A stretch of 64,000 bases of DNA from an uncultured Chloroflexia bacterium. GTDB taxonomy: Bacteria > Chloroflexota > Limnocylindria > Limnocylindrales > CSP1-4. Location: contig CAWIQP010000006.1 in assembly GCA_963838285.1 (NCBI GenBank), forward strand, positions 63,267-127,266, read 5' to 3'. A program made the position numbers and the translations under genes. Positions 40,714 to 52,378 of this stretch are shown here, piece by piece. The notes under the pieces were generated by a model. It was not told the origin of the DNA. It made no database searches and worked only from the letters and a program-made list of their open reading frames with translations. How positions within the stretch are numbered: the first letter of the stretch is position 1; every line of letters begins with the position of its first letter.

Positions 40714-42213
40714 TCAGTCGGGGCACGGGGTCTGGCTTCCCGTCACGGCCCGCCAGCGAAGGTCGGGCTGACGAGCGGCAGTCGCCTCGTCGAGCCTGCG
40801 AACCGGCGAACTATGCGGCGCCGTGTGAAGAAGATCCGGATTGTCGTGGGCCTCATCCACGATGCACCGCATGGCCTCCACGAAGGCGTCGAGGGTCTCG
40901 ATCGATTCGGTCTCCGTCGGCTCGATGAGGAGGGCCTCCTCGACGGTCAGAGGGAAGTAGATCGTGGGCGGGTGGAAGCCGTAGTCGATCAGCCTCTTGG
41001 CCACGTCGAGAGTGCGGATTCCCGTCTCCGCCTTGAGGGTAGCCGACGAGGCCACGAATTCGTGCATGCACGGTCGTGAGAAGGGGACGTCCAGAACGTC
41101 CGACAGGCGAGCCTTCAGGTAGTTCGCCGCCAGAACCGCGTCCTCGCTGACCTCGCGCAGGCCCGACCCGCCGTGGGCGCGGATGTACGCGTAGGCGCGA
41201 ACGAGGATCCCGGCGTTGCCCGCGAAGGCCCGCATCCGGCCGATGCTCGTGGGCCGCTCGCCGAACGTCTCGAGCCGGAACCTACCATCCGGCTCGCGCA
41301 GGACCCGAGGCGAGGGCAGGAACGGCAGCAGCTTCTCCCCCACTCCGACCGGCCCGGCGCCGGGACCACCGCCGCCGTGCGGGGTCGAGAACGTCTTGTG
41401 GACGTTGATATGCATCACGTCGAAGCCGGCCTCGCCCGGCTTGAAGCGACCCATGATGGCGTTGAGGTTCGCCCCGTCCATGTAGGCCAGGGCGCCCGCC
41501 TCGTGGACGGCGTCGAGCAGCTCACACAGACGGGATTCGAAGAGACCGAGCGTCGAGGGGTTGGTGATCATGACAGCGGCCGTTCGCGGACCCAGCGCCG
41601 ACCGGAACGCGTCGACGTCCACGCCACCATCGGGCGCCGACGGGATGGAGATCGTCTTGAAGCCGGCCATCGACGCCGTCGCGGGGTTCGTGCCGTGGGC
41701 CGAGTCCGGGACGAGAACCTCGGTCCGCTCCGCGTCGCCCCGGCTGCGGTGATAGGCCCTGACCATGAGGATGCCGGTCAGCTCGCCCTGGGCACCGGCC
41801 GCGGGCTGGAGCGTCACGGCCTTCATTCCGCCGATCTCCGCCAGGGCCTCCTCGAGCTCCCAGAGAAGCTGAAGCGTGCCCTGGGAGAGCTCGTCCGGCG
41901 CGAGCGGGTGCAGCTCGGCGAAGCCCGGCAGGCGGGCGGCCCACTCGTCGATCTTGGGGTTGTACTTCATCGTGCACGAGCCGAGCGGATAGAAGCCCGT
42001 GTCCACGGCGTAGTTGAGCTGGCTGAGGTTGACGTAGTGGCGGGTCAGCTCCGGCTCGGAGACCTCGGGCAGGCGCGGCCACTCCCGGCGCAGCTGGGCG
42101 GCGGGAATCCGCGCCAGGGCGTCCTTCGGCGGATGCGGCACCTTGCCGCCGCCGCGGCCCGGCCGGGAGCGCTCGAAGAGAGTGGGGCCCAGGCGATCGC
42201 CGGCGGCGGTCAT
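40714..42213 (-). CDS. gcvPB: glycine dehydrogenase (decarboxylating) subunit 2
   Basis: YPLGSCTMKYNP...DSAHGTNPA...NVHKTFSTPHGGGGPG (PLP lysine context). The ATG overlaps the gcvPA stop (ATGA). Confidence 0.9.
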   Translation of the reverse strand: MTAAGDRLGPTLFERSRPGRGGGKVPHPPKDALARIPAAQLRREWPRLPEVSEPELTRHYVNLSQLNYAVDTGFYPLGSCTMKYNPKIDEWAARLPGFAELHPLAPDELSQGTLQLLWELEEALAEIGGMKAVTLQPAAGAQGELTGILMVRAYHRSRGDAERTEVLVPDSAHGTNPATASMAGFKTISIPSAPDGGVDVDAFRSALGPRTAAVMITNPSTLGLFESRLCELLDAVHEAGALAYMDGANLNAIMGRFKPGEAGFDVMHINVHKTFSTPHGGGGPGAGPVGVGEKLLPFLPSPRVLREPDGRFRLETFGERPTSIGRMRAFAGNAGILVRAYAYIRAHGGSGLREVSEDAVLAANYLKARLSDVLDVPFSRPCMHEFVASSATLKAETGIRTLDVAKRLIDYGFHPPTIYFPLTVEEALLIEPTETESIETLDAFVEAMRCIVDEAHDNPDLLHTAPHSSPVRRLDEATAARQPDLRWRAVTGSQTPCPD

Positions 42214-43583
42214 CGGGCGGCCCCCGCAAGTTCCTCGCGGAGCGCCGCGGCGAACGCCCCGATCTCTTCGGAAGTGGTGACCTCCGTGGCGCAGACCAGG
42301 AGCGCGTCGGCGAGCGACGGTTCGTCCGGGAGGACCCGCGCCAGCGGCAGGCCGGCCAGGATGCCACGGCCGAGGAGGCGGGCGTGGACCGCCGAGGCGT
42401 CCGGGACGCGAACGGCGAACTCGTTCAGGTACGGGCCGGGATGCAGCCGCGGGGCGCCGGCGGCGGCGAGAGCCGTCTCCAGCTCGGCGGCACGAGCCGC
42501 GCCCAGGGCGGCCACGTCCCGCAGGCCGTGCGGCCCGAGCGCGGCGAGATACATCGAGGCCGCGAGGGCGCACAGGGCCTGGTTCGTGCAGATGTTGCTG
42601 GCCGCCTTCTCCCGGCGGATGTCCTGCTCGCGGGCGCGCAGGGTCATGACGAAGGCCCGGCGCCCGTCGACGTCCGTGGTCATGCCGACCAGACGGCCGG
42701 GGATCTGGCGGACGAGGGCCTCGCGGCAGGCCAGGATGCCGAGATACGGACCGCCGTAGGCGAGAGGGATGCCCAGCGACTGGCCTTCGCCGGCCGCGAT
42801 GTCCGCCTCGTATTCGCCCGGAGATGCCAGGACGGCGAGAGAGACGGGCTCCACGACCGAGACGAAGAGCGCACCGGCGGCGTGGGCGAGCCGGCCGATC
42901 TCGGCCATGGGCTCGAGCAGCCCCAGGAAGCTCGGGTTGGCGACGACCACTCCGGCGACCGGATGCTCCGGGTCCGCGAGCAGCCGCTCCAGCGCCTCCA
43001 GGTCGGTCGTTCCCGCGGCCGGACCCTCGGCGACGAGCGGGATCTCGTCGGCGGCCAGAGACGCGCCACCGAAGTAGGTGCACAGCGTCTGACGGTAGTG
43101 GGGGTGAACGGCCCGGCTGACCAGCACCCGCTCGCGGCGCGTCGCGCGGCAGCTCATGAGGGCGGCCTCGGCCGTGGCCGTGGCTCCGTCGTAGTGCGAG
43201 GCCGAGACCACGTCCAGGCCGGTCAGCTCGGCCATGAGCGACTGGTACTCGTAGATCGTCTGGAGCGTGCCCTGGCTGATCTCGGGTTGGTACGGGGTGT
43301 AGGCCGTGTAGAACTCGCCCCGCAGGAGCAGCTGGTCGACGACGGCCGGGGTGAAGTGGCGGTAGGCCCCGGCGCCCAGGAAGGCGATCAGATCGACCCG
43401 GTTACGCGCGGCGAGGCCTCGCAATCGGGTCGACAGCTCGGCCTCGGATTCGGGCGGCGGCAGCTTCAGGCCGGAGGCCCGGAGCGACACCGGGATGTCG
43501 GCGAACAGGGCGTCCACCGAGTCAACGCCGATCGCCGCGAGCATTCGGGCGCGGTCTTCGGTCGTGTGCGGGCCATACGCCAT
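42210..43583 (-). CDS. gcvPA: glycine dehydrogenase (decarboxylating) subunit 1
   Basis: FLGAGAY.H..P.VV......EFYTAYTPYQPEISQGTLQ..YEYQ....LTG. Confidence 0.9.
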   Translation of the reverse strand: MAYGPHTTEDRARMLAAIGVDSVDALFADIPVSLRASGLKLPPPESEAELSTRLRGLAARNRVDLIAFLGAGAYRHFTPAVVDQLLLRGEFYTAYTPYQPEISQGTLQTIYEYQSLMAELTGLDVVSASHYDGATATAEAALMSCRATRRERVLVSRAVHPHYRQTLCTYFGGASLAADEIPLVAEGPAAGTTDLEALERLLADPEHPVAGVVVANPSFLGLLEPMAEIGRLAHAAGALFVSVVEPVSLAVLASPGEYEADIAAGEGQSLGIPLAYGGPYLGILACREALVRQIPGRLVGMTTDVDGRRAFVMTLRAREQDIRREKAASNICTNQALCALAASMYLAALGPHGLRDVAALGAARAAELETALAAAGAPRLHPGPYLNEFAVRVPDASAVHARLLGRGILAGLPLARVLPDEPSLADALLVCATEVTTSEEIGAFAAALREELAGAAR

Positions 43584-43625
43584 TGAATCGGCTCCTGCGG
43601 GATCGATCTCGATCGAACGCGCCCC

Positions 43626-44006
43626 TCAGGCTTCGGAGGTGAGCGCTTCGTATGCGGCGGCGTCGAGAAGGCCGTCGACCTGGGCGCGGTCAGCCACTCT
43701 GATCCGGAGCATCCAGCCCTTCCCGAACGGATCGCTGTTGAGCAGCTCGGGCGCGGTGGACAGCTCGGAGTTGGTCTCGACCACCTCGCCGCCCAACGGG
43801 GCGAAGAGGTCGCTGACGGCCTTGACCGATTCGATCACGCCGACGGCGGCGAACTGTGTGACGGCCCGGCCGATTTCGGGCAGCTCGACGAAGACGATGT
43901 CCCCCAGCTGCTCCGCCGCGTAGTCGGTAATGCCGACGGTCGCCAGATCGCCCTCGGCGCGGACCCACTCGTGCTCTTTGGTGTACCGGAGATCCTGGGG
44001 CACCAT
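43626..44006 (-). CDS. gcvH: glycine cleavage system H protein
   Basis: YTKEHEWV...VGITDYA...LGDIVFVELPE...ESVKAVSD (lipoyl-lysine motif). AGGAGGAAG precedes the ATG at 44006. Confidence 0.9.
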   Translation of the reverse strand: MVPQDLRYTKEHEWVRAEGDLATVGITDYAAEQLGDIVFVELPEIGRAVTQFAAVGVIESVKAVSDLFAPLGGEVVETNSELSTAPELLNSDPFGKGWMLRIRVADRAQVDGLLDAAAYEALTSEA

Positions 44007-44078
44007 CGCCAAGCTTCCTCCTGTCGCCGGCCGACGCCGTTCAGCCGGTACGTTCTCCGCCGGAGCCGCGAGCACCGA

Positions 44079-45191
44079 CTAGGCCGGCCTTCGGTAGAAG
44101 GGCAGCGGCACGACCTCGGCCGGGACTCGCTGATCGCGAATGCCGACGGTCACTATGGTACCGGGCTCCGCCTCGGAGGGCGCCACATAGGCCATCGCGA
44201 TCGGCTGGCCCAGCGTCGGAGAGAGAGTTCCGCTGGTGACCGCGCCTGTCCTCCGGTCGCCGGCGAAGACCTCGTAGCCATGACGGGCGATGCCGCGGCC
44301 GCGGACGGCGAGGCCGACCAGCCTCCGGCGGGGTCCGTCGGCGCGGGCCTTCTCCAGGGCGGCACGGCCGACGAAGTCCCCCGTCTTCTCGAGATCCACG
44401 ACACGGCCGAGGCCCGCCTCGAAAGGCGTGGTGTCGGGGCCGAGCTCATTCCCGTAGAGCGGCATGCCGGCCTCGAGTCGAAGGGTATCGCGAGCCCCAA
44501 GCCCTACCGGCACCACTCCATCCGCTTTGCCCGCCTCGAGCATGGCGTCCCACACGATTCCCACGGCCGCGACGTCGACGAAGACCTCGAAGCCGTCCTC
44601 GCCGGTGTAGCCGGTCCGGGCCACCAGCGCCGGGACGCCCGCCACGTGCCCTTCCGCGATCGCGTAGTAGCGCAGGCCGTCCAGCGCCACGTCCGTCAGC
44701 CGCCCGAGCACGCCGGCCGAGCGAGGGCCCTGCAACGCGACAAGCCCCATGGCCAGCGAACGGTCGTCGAGCACGGCCCCGAAGCCCTCGAACCGCGCCG
44801 CCAGGGCGTCGCTCACCGCTGTCGCGTTGGCGGCATTGGCCACGACCATGAAACGCTCCTCGCCCAGCCGGTAGACGATCAGGTCGTCGAGGACACCGCC
44901 TTCGGGGAAGCAGATCATCGAGTAGTGGGCGCGGCCGATCTTTATCTTCGCCGGGTCCGATGTGAGCGCAAAGGCCAGCGCCTGAGCCGCGCCCGGGCCC
45001 TCGACCAATAGCTCGCCCATGTGCGACAGGTCGAAGATTCCCGCCCGGGTGCGCACCGCCCGATGCTCCTCGAGGATGCCGGAGTACTGGAGCGGCATCA
45101 ACCAGCCGCCGAACTCCACCATGCGAGCCCCCAGGGCCGCGTGTCGATCGGCCAGCGGCGTCGCGAGGGGCGCGTCGTGCGACTGAGCCAT
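44079..45191 (-). CDS. gcvT: glycine cleavage system aminomethyltransferase T
   Basis: F.GW.MP.QY......EH.AVR...G.FD.SHMG...ARTGYTGEDGFE...GLGARDTLRLEAG..LYG. Confidence 0.9.
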   Translation of the reverse strand: MAQSHDAPLATPLADRHAALGARMVEFGGWLMPLQYSGILEEHRAVRTRAGIFDLSHMGELLVEGPGAAQALAFALTSDPAKIKIGRAHYSMICFPEGGVLDDLIVYRLGEERFMVVANAANATAVSDALAARFEGFGAVLDDRSLAMGLVALQGPRSAGVLGRLTDVALDGLRYYAIAEGHVAGVPALVARTGYTGEDGFEVFVDVAAVGIVWDAMLEAGKADGVVPVGLGARDTLRLEAGMPLYGNELGPDTTPFEAGLGRVVDLEKTGDFVGRAALEKARADGPRRRLVGLAVRGRGIARHGYEVFAGDRRTGAVTSGTLSPTLGQPIAMAYVAPSEAEPGTIVTVGIRDQRVPAEVVPLPFYRRPA

Positions 45192-45260
45192 CGAGATAGA
45201 CCTCCCGTCTTGCTCCCGGCTCGCAGGCGACCCCCGAGCCGGGCTATCGGGACGCGCGGA

Positions 45261-45707
45261 TCAAACGGCCGTCTGTGGAAGTCGCGTGGCGGCCAGACCG
45301 ACGAGCGAGCGTTCGGTTTCGAAGGAGAGAAGGCCGGCCGCATCGGCGAACGATATCCAGCGGACTTCCTCGAACTCGTGGTCGTGGTCGTCGAGCGAGC
45401 CGCCCGTGGGCTCCATCAGGAAGTAGTGCACGGTCTTGTATATGCGCGTACCGCGCTGGGCAAAGGTGTAGTTGATCGCGTCCAGAGGGCCGGTGATTCG
45501 GACGGCGAGGCCGGTCTCCTCACGCACCTCGCGCAGGGCGGTCTCCTCCAGGGTCTCGCCCGGAATGGGCGTCCCCTTCGGCAGCGTCCAGGTCTGGCCG
45601 TCCTTCTCGCGCCTGCGGCGCCCGACGACGAGCTGCGGAATCTCATCCAGGTAGCGGATGACGATGCCGCCCGCGGAGGTGGCTGTGGCGCGGTTCAACC
45701 TCGCCAC
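45261..45707 (-). CDS. NUDIX hydrolase
   Basis: Nudix box GTPIPGETLEETALREVREETGL. GTG start chosen at 45707; the long N-terminal extension in the ORF track looks non-coding. Confidence 0.75.
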   Translation of the reverse strand: MARLNRATATSAGGIVIRYLDEIPQLVVGRRRREKDGQTWTLPKGTPIPGETLEETALREVREETGLAVRITGPLDAINYTFAQRGTRIYKTVHYFLMEPTGGSLDDHDHEFEEVRWISFADAAGLLSFETERSLVGLAATRLPQTAV

Positions 45708-46021
45708 GGAGCCGCGGCGAGACTCGATCGGCGATCGGCTTGCGCGTGGCCGCCCGCCCAGTGAATGGTCACAGAAGCTCGGACGAGGCCGCTCCGGGAG
45801 GCGTTGGGGCGCGTCGTGACGGGACGCCACCCGGTGACCTGCAGGCCGCCGTGAGACGGGCGAAGGAAGGTGGATCGGGTCTCCGCCCGCTGAAACGAGA
45901 GGCCCGAGTGCAGACCCAGCCGTCGCTCCCATTCATGGCCGGCCGGGCGCGTGAAGTGGGCAGCGGGCCGGGCCGCGAGCCTTGCCGCGATGCTGTGTTG
46001 CATGCGGCCAATCGTACCCGG

Positions 46022-46879
46022 TCAGACGTCCTTTGCAAGCGCGGCCCGTACACGCGCGACTTGCTCCGGTGACAGCGCGCGCCGCTCCTCGGCGATCCGG
46101 AGCTCGCGGCGGGCACCGGCCAGGTACAGGTCCACCACGCCCGGGGCCCACCGCTCCAGGGCCTCGATGTGGGCCCGCACGGTCCCGACGTCGCCCCGGG
46201 TGATCGGCCCCGTGAGAGCGGCGCCGACACCCACGGCCCGCGCGTTTGCCAGGGTCTGCTCCACGAGCCTGCCGTAGACCGCCAGCGAGCCGCGCTCGTC
46301 GAGGCCCGCCACCGCGCCCAGGGTGACAACGGCGTCGAGCAGGGCCACAAGCCCGCCGGAGGCCATGACGGCCGCGGCGTGGTAGGCCGGCTTGGTTCCC
46401 GGCGGCAGGCGAACCGCCACTCCCCCGATCGCTTCGGCGAGATCCGCCAGGAGCCCGATGATTCCGTCGTCGCCCTCGATCGCGATCGTCGAACCCTTGA
46501 GGGCCGCGACCGATCGCTCCACGTCCGCGGTGAACGAGACGAGGGGATGGAAGGCCCCGATGTGGCTGCCCGCGGCGAGCGCCGGCAGGAGGACTTCCGA
46601 GCCGAGCAGGCCGCTCGTATGGACGAGGGCCTGACCGCCGTACAGGCGCATGGACTCGGCCACACCCGGAATCGCGTCGTCGGGCACCGCCACAATGACC
46701 AGCTCGACTTCTTCCAGGATCGCCTCCGGCGCGGCGAAGAGCCGGGCGCCCGGTACGAGGCTGCGGAACGTCTCCCGCCGGACCGGGTCGCGGCTGGACA
46801 CCGCGGCAACAGGCCAGCCGGCGCGGGCGATGGCCACCCCGAGAGCCGTCCCGACGGGCCCGGCGCCCACGATTCCCAC
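46022..46879 (-). CDS. Rossmann-fold / DUF2520-like oxidoreductase-like protein
   Basis: VGIVGAGPVGTALG dinucleotide-binding motif at the chosen GTG (46879), with a C-terminal ...TGPITRGD..TV..H... DUF2520-like part. The start is uncertain. Confidence 0.55.
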   Translation of the reverse strand: MGIVGAGPVGTALGVAIARAGWPVAAVSSRDPVRRETFRSLVPGARLFAAPEAILEEVELVIVAVPDDAIPGVAESMRLYGGQALVHTSGLLGSEVLLPALAAGSHIGAFHPLVSFTADVERSVAALKGSTIAIEGDDGIIGLLADLAEAIGGVAVRLPPGTKPAYHAAAVMASGGLVALLDAVVTLGAVAGLDERGSLAVYGRLVEQTLANARAVGVGAALTGPITRGDVGTVRAHIEALERWAPGVVDLYLAGARRELRIAEERRALSPEQVARVRAALAKDV

Positions 46880-47409
46880 GGCCAGCGCGGCCGACGGCCC
46901 TCTCGACGATCCGCCGCGCGGGCCCGCTCCAAGGTTGGCCTCGGCTACTTCGCCGGGGAGACTCCCGCCGGCGCTCTCGCGCGGATTCACCGACCGCAAG
47001 GCCGGTCCGGAACCGGTTCGACCGCCCGGGTCCCCGATCGGACCGCGGTTCGCATCTCCGCCCCAGGATTTCACGCAGTCTCCCTCCCCGACCGCGAAGC
47101 CGCGGTATCCTTCGACCGGACTCCTGCCGTGGCGGCTACCCCCTGTCGCGTCGTGACGCGGCGGGGCGGCGACCGCCGGCCCGAGTTTAGCGTGTCCCTG
47201 GCGGCAGAGGCGCACCCCCGCCGGGGTTCTGGCGATCACCGGTTCGCGCGGTCCGACGGCCGAGGCCGAGGCGCCGCCGCCAGCACAGCTGGCGTGAGCT
47301 CCACGGCGAGCGCACCCGAGGTGCGCAGACGCGTAGCTCAGGCGGCAACGTGCCAGTTCGGCTGGCCCGAAGATCGGTCGGCTGAACCGGCTGAGAATTC
47401 GAAGGAGTT

Positions 47410-50217
<2,808 letters not shown>

Positions 50218-50330
50218 TCGGCGGACGGCCCGGTCCGCGGCCGGCCCCCTGTCCGCGGCGCGGCCGCATCCGCAGTCAGGCCGAAGCTTCCTCCCGAGCT
50301 ATGGCCGCAGCCGGGCCGGGTCTGCCGCCC

Positions 50331-50418
50331 GAGCCCGGCCAGACCGGATCTGCCGCCGAACCGCGGCCGCAGCCCTGCGGGATCCGCCGCCAGAGCCCGG
50401 CCAGACCGGATCTGCCGC
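50331..50418. repeat. 26-bp direct repeat with 62-bp period between the convergent acnA and reductase genes
   Basis: GAGCCCGGCCAGACCGGATCTGCCGC occurs identically at 50331-50356 and 50393-50418. Confidence 0.8.
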
Positions 50419-50481
50419 ACGAGCCGTGGCGGCAGCCGAGCCCGGGATCGACTCCGACCGAGCCGGCAGGACAGCGCTCTA

Positions 50482-51450
50482 CTAGCTCTTTCGCGGCGTC
50501 TGGCGCTCCCAGCGGTGGGCCCGCAGCTTGACTATCAGCTCGGGCGAGAGAGGCCCGGAATCGCTGGCCGCGGTGTTCGACTCCACGTGGCCGGGCTTGC
50601 GCATGCCCGGGATGACCGCGGAAACGTCCGGGTTCGACAGGATGAAGCGCAGGGCCATCTCCGCCAGCGTCATCCCGGCCGGCAGCAGCGGCTTGAGGGC
50701 ATCCGCGCGAGCCACGGACTGAGCGAGGTTCTCAGCACCGAAGTACCTGTTTCGGAAATCCCCCTCCGGCCAGGTTGACCGCAACGTCAGGCTGCCGATC
50801 AGGCTCCCTTCGTCGAACGGGCAGCGGGCGACGACAGCGACGTTGTTTTCGCGGCAGGCGGGGAACAGCTCGTCCTCGGCCGACTGGTCGAAGATGTTGT
50901 AGACCACCTGGACGGAGTCGACCAGCCCCGAGCGGACGGCCGCGATGCCGTTCCACGGCTCCCGGCGGTTGAGGCTGAGCCCGAACGCCCTGATCGAGCC
51001 TTCCCGCTTGAGCTCCGCGACCGTCTGCTTCAGCTCGCCGCTGGTCAGCCAGTTGTCGTCCCAGACGTGGAGCTGGAGGAGGTCGATCGTGTCGACGCCC
51101 AGATTGGAGCGGCTGATGTCGACGTACTCGCGCACGTACGCGCGCGGGAAGACCTCACCAAAGGGAATGCCCGGACGGCTCGGCCACTCTCGGTTCCTGG
51201 GAGGGACCTTGGTCGCCGCGATGATGCGCTTGCCTCGATGTCCCGCCAGCAGCAGGCCCAGCATCTGCTCGCTGTGACCGTCGCCGTATGACTGGGCGGT
51301 GTCGAAGAAGCTGACGTCCTTCGATACGGCGAGCTGCAGCGAAGCCATCGATTCCTTGTCGTTCGAGCCGGTCCACTCGCCCATGCCCCACATGCCGTAG
51401 CCGACTTCCCCGACCTGCCAGCCGAGCCGTCCGAAGGTCCGATGGCGCAT
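50482..51450 (-). CDS. aldo/keto reductase
   Basis: G.G.WG.G......FDTA..YG.G.SE..LG, then the family's catalytic Tyr and Lys context. GAGGAGG precedes the ATG at 51450. Confidence 0.85.
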   Translation of the reverse strand: MRHRTFGRLGWQVGEVGYGMWGMGEWTGSNDKESMASLQLAVSKDVSFFDTAQSYGDGHSEQMLGLLLAGHRGKRIIAATKVPPRNREWPSRPGIPFGEVFPRAYVREYVDISRSNLGVDTIDLLQLHVWDDNWLTSGELKQTVAELKREGSIRAFGLSLNRREPWNGIAAVRSGLVDSVQVVYNIFDQSAEDELFPACRENNVAVVARCPFDEGSLIGSLTLRSTWPEGDFRNRYFGAENLAQSVARADALKPLLPAGMTLAEMALRFILSNPDVSAVIPGMRKPGHVESNTAASDSGPLSPELIVKLRAHRWERQTPRKS

Positions 51451-51592
51451 CGTCAGACACCTCCTCGCGGGCGACCCGCATCGTCAGGCCAGGCCCCGGC
51501 GGGTCCTGTTGGAGGTTAATGGTAGCGCCCTCGGAGGGCCCAAGGGTCCTGCCCGTCGGCCTCATCCGACGGCGTCGGCGGGGTCACGGTTT

Positions 51593-51796
51593 CCTGTCCG
51601 GGCGTCTCCCGACCGCGGCGGTTGCGTGCGCCTTCCTTCCCACCGCCCGTCGTGGCGTGCGCGGTCCTGTCCGGGCGTCTTTCGACCCGCCCGCGGTTGC
51701 GGCCGCCCCTTTCCGCCGCCCGTCGTGGCGTGGCGTCCTGTCCGGGCGGCTCCCGACCCGCCCGCGGTTTGCGGCCGCCCCTTTCCCACCGCCTTC
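51593..51796. repeat. tandem array of a roughly 72-bp GC-rich unit, x2.8, abutting the 5' end of dispersed-element copy C
   Basis: Units start with CCTGTCCGGGCG at 51593, 51666 and 51737, and each contains CGCGGTTGCG...CCGCCCGTCGTGGCGTG. Confidence 0.85.
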
Positions 51797-51998
51797 TTAG
51801 CCAGATGCCGGCCCCTGTAGCACGAGGCGAGGAGGGTAGACTCGACTCGACAGCCCGATAGCCTGATTCGGCTAACCGGCATCGCCGAATCGGCCTCCGT
51901 AGCCCGATTCCCGAGCTCCGGAGCCGTCCGGCCGGCGGCGACGCCGGCCGCCGACCGGAAATGTCGGCCCGGCGCTACGCCCACCGGCATTTGGCTAA
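51797..51998 (+). repeat. copy C of the dispersed element with terminal inverted repeats
   Basis: The 5' end TTAGCCAGATGCCGG is complementary to the 3' end CCGGCATTTGGCTAA in 14 of 15 positions. Internal GTAGC / GCTAC modules are shared with copies A and D. Confidence 0.6.
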
Positions 51999-52231
51999 CT
52001 CAGGGCAGGAACCGTATTCGGCGCGTGGAGTTCCTGCATTCGGGCGGGGTTCCGGCCGCGCGCACGCTGAGGCTCGCCTACAACACCGGTCGCGGCGGCT
52101 GCGCCGATCGCGGTCAGGGCGCGGACGCTGGCGGGCGGGACGCTGCGCCGGGCGCGGACGCTGCGCCGGGCGCGGACGCTGTCGCGGTGACTGCGCCGGT
52201 CGCGCTCGCTCGCCGGTCGCGCTCGCTCGCC

Positions 52232-52267
52232 GGTCGCGGTCGCGGTCGCGGTCGCGGTCGCGGTCCC
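52232..52267. repeat. hexanucleotide microsatellite (GGTCGC)x5 plus one variant unit
   Basis: Read directly at 52232-52261; the next unit is GGTCCC. Confidence 0.9.
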
Positions 52268-52320
52268 GGACTATCCTGGCCGCGTCAGTGCGGCAGTCGG
52301 GCAACCGCGGCCGCTCCTAC

Positions 52321-52368
52321 CCAGCGACCCAGCGACCCAGCGACCCAGCGACCCAGCGACCCAGCGAC
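52321..52368. repeat. octanucleotide microsatellite (CCAGCGAC)x6, ending 10 nt before the yciI-like ATG
   Basis: Six perfect 8-bp units at 52321-52368, followed by CGAGGCAATC ATG. Confidence 0.9.
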
Positions 52369-52378
52369 CGAGGCAATC

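Noticed and set aside
45192-45260. Glycine riboswitch upstream of gcvT.
   Set aside because: Only 69 nt separate gcvT from the preceding gene. The sequence is a single 9-bp hairpin (CCCGGCTCG...CGAGCCGGG) and lacks the GGAGAG / ACCGAAGGGGCAA-type glycine aptamer core.
47320-47350. tRNA-like string GCGTAGCTCAGGCGG upstream of acnA.
   Set aside because: It resembles a D-arm, but the closing GAGC, the anticodon arm and the T-arm (GTTCGA.TC) are missing, and no acceptor pairing can be made.
51519-51861. Small ORFs across the 72-bp tandem array (93-103 aa).
   Set aside because: They are repeat translations with no start context and no motif. They exist in several frames simultaneously.
52025-52378. 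N-terminal extension of the YciI-like ORF through the microsatellites (track ORF 52025-52696).
   Set aside because: The extension merely translates the repeats (GRGRGRGRG, PSDPATQRPSDPAT). The conserved YciI fold begins at the ATG at 52379, which has its own GAGG ribosome-binding site.
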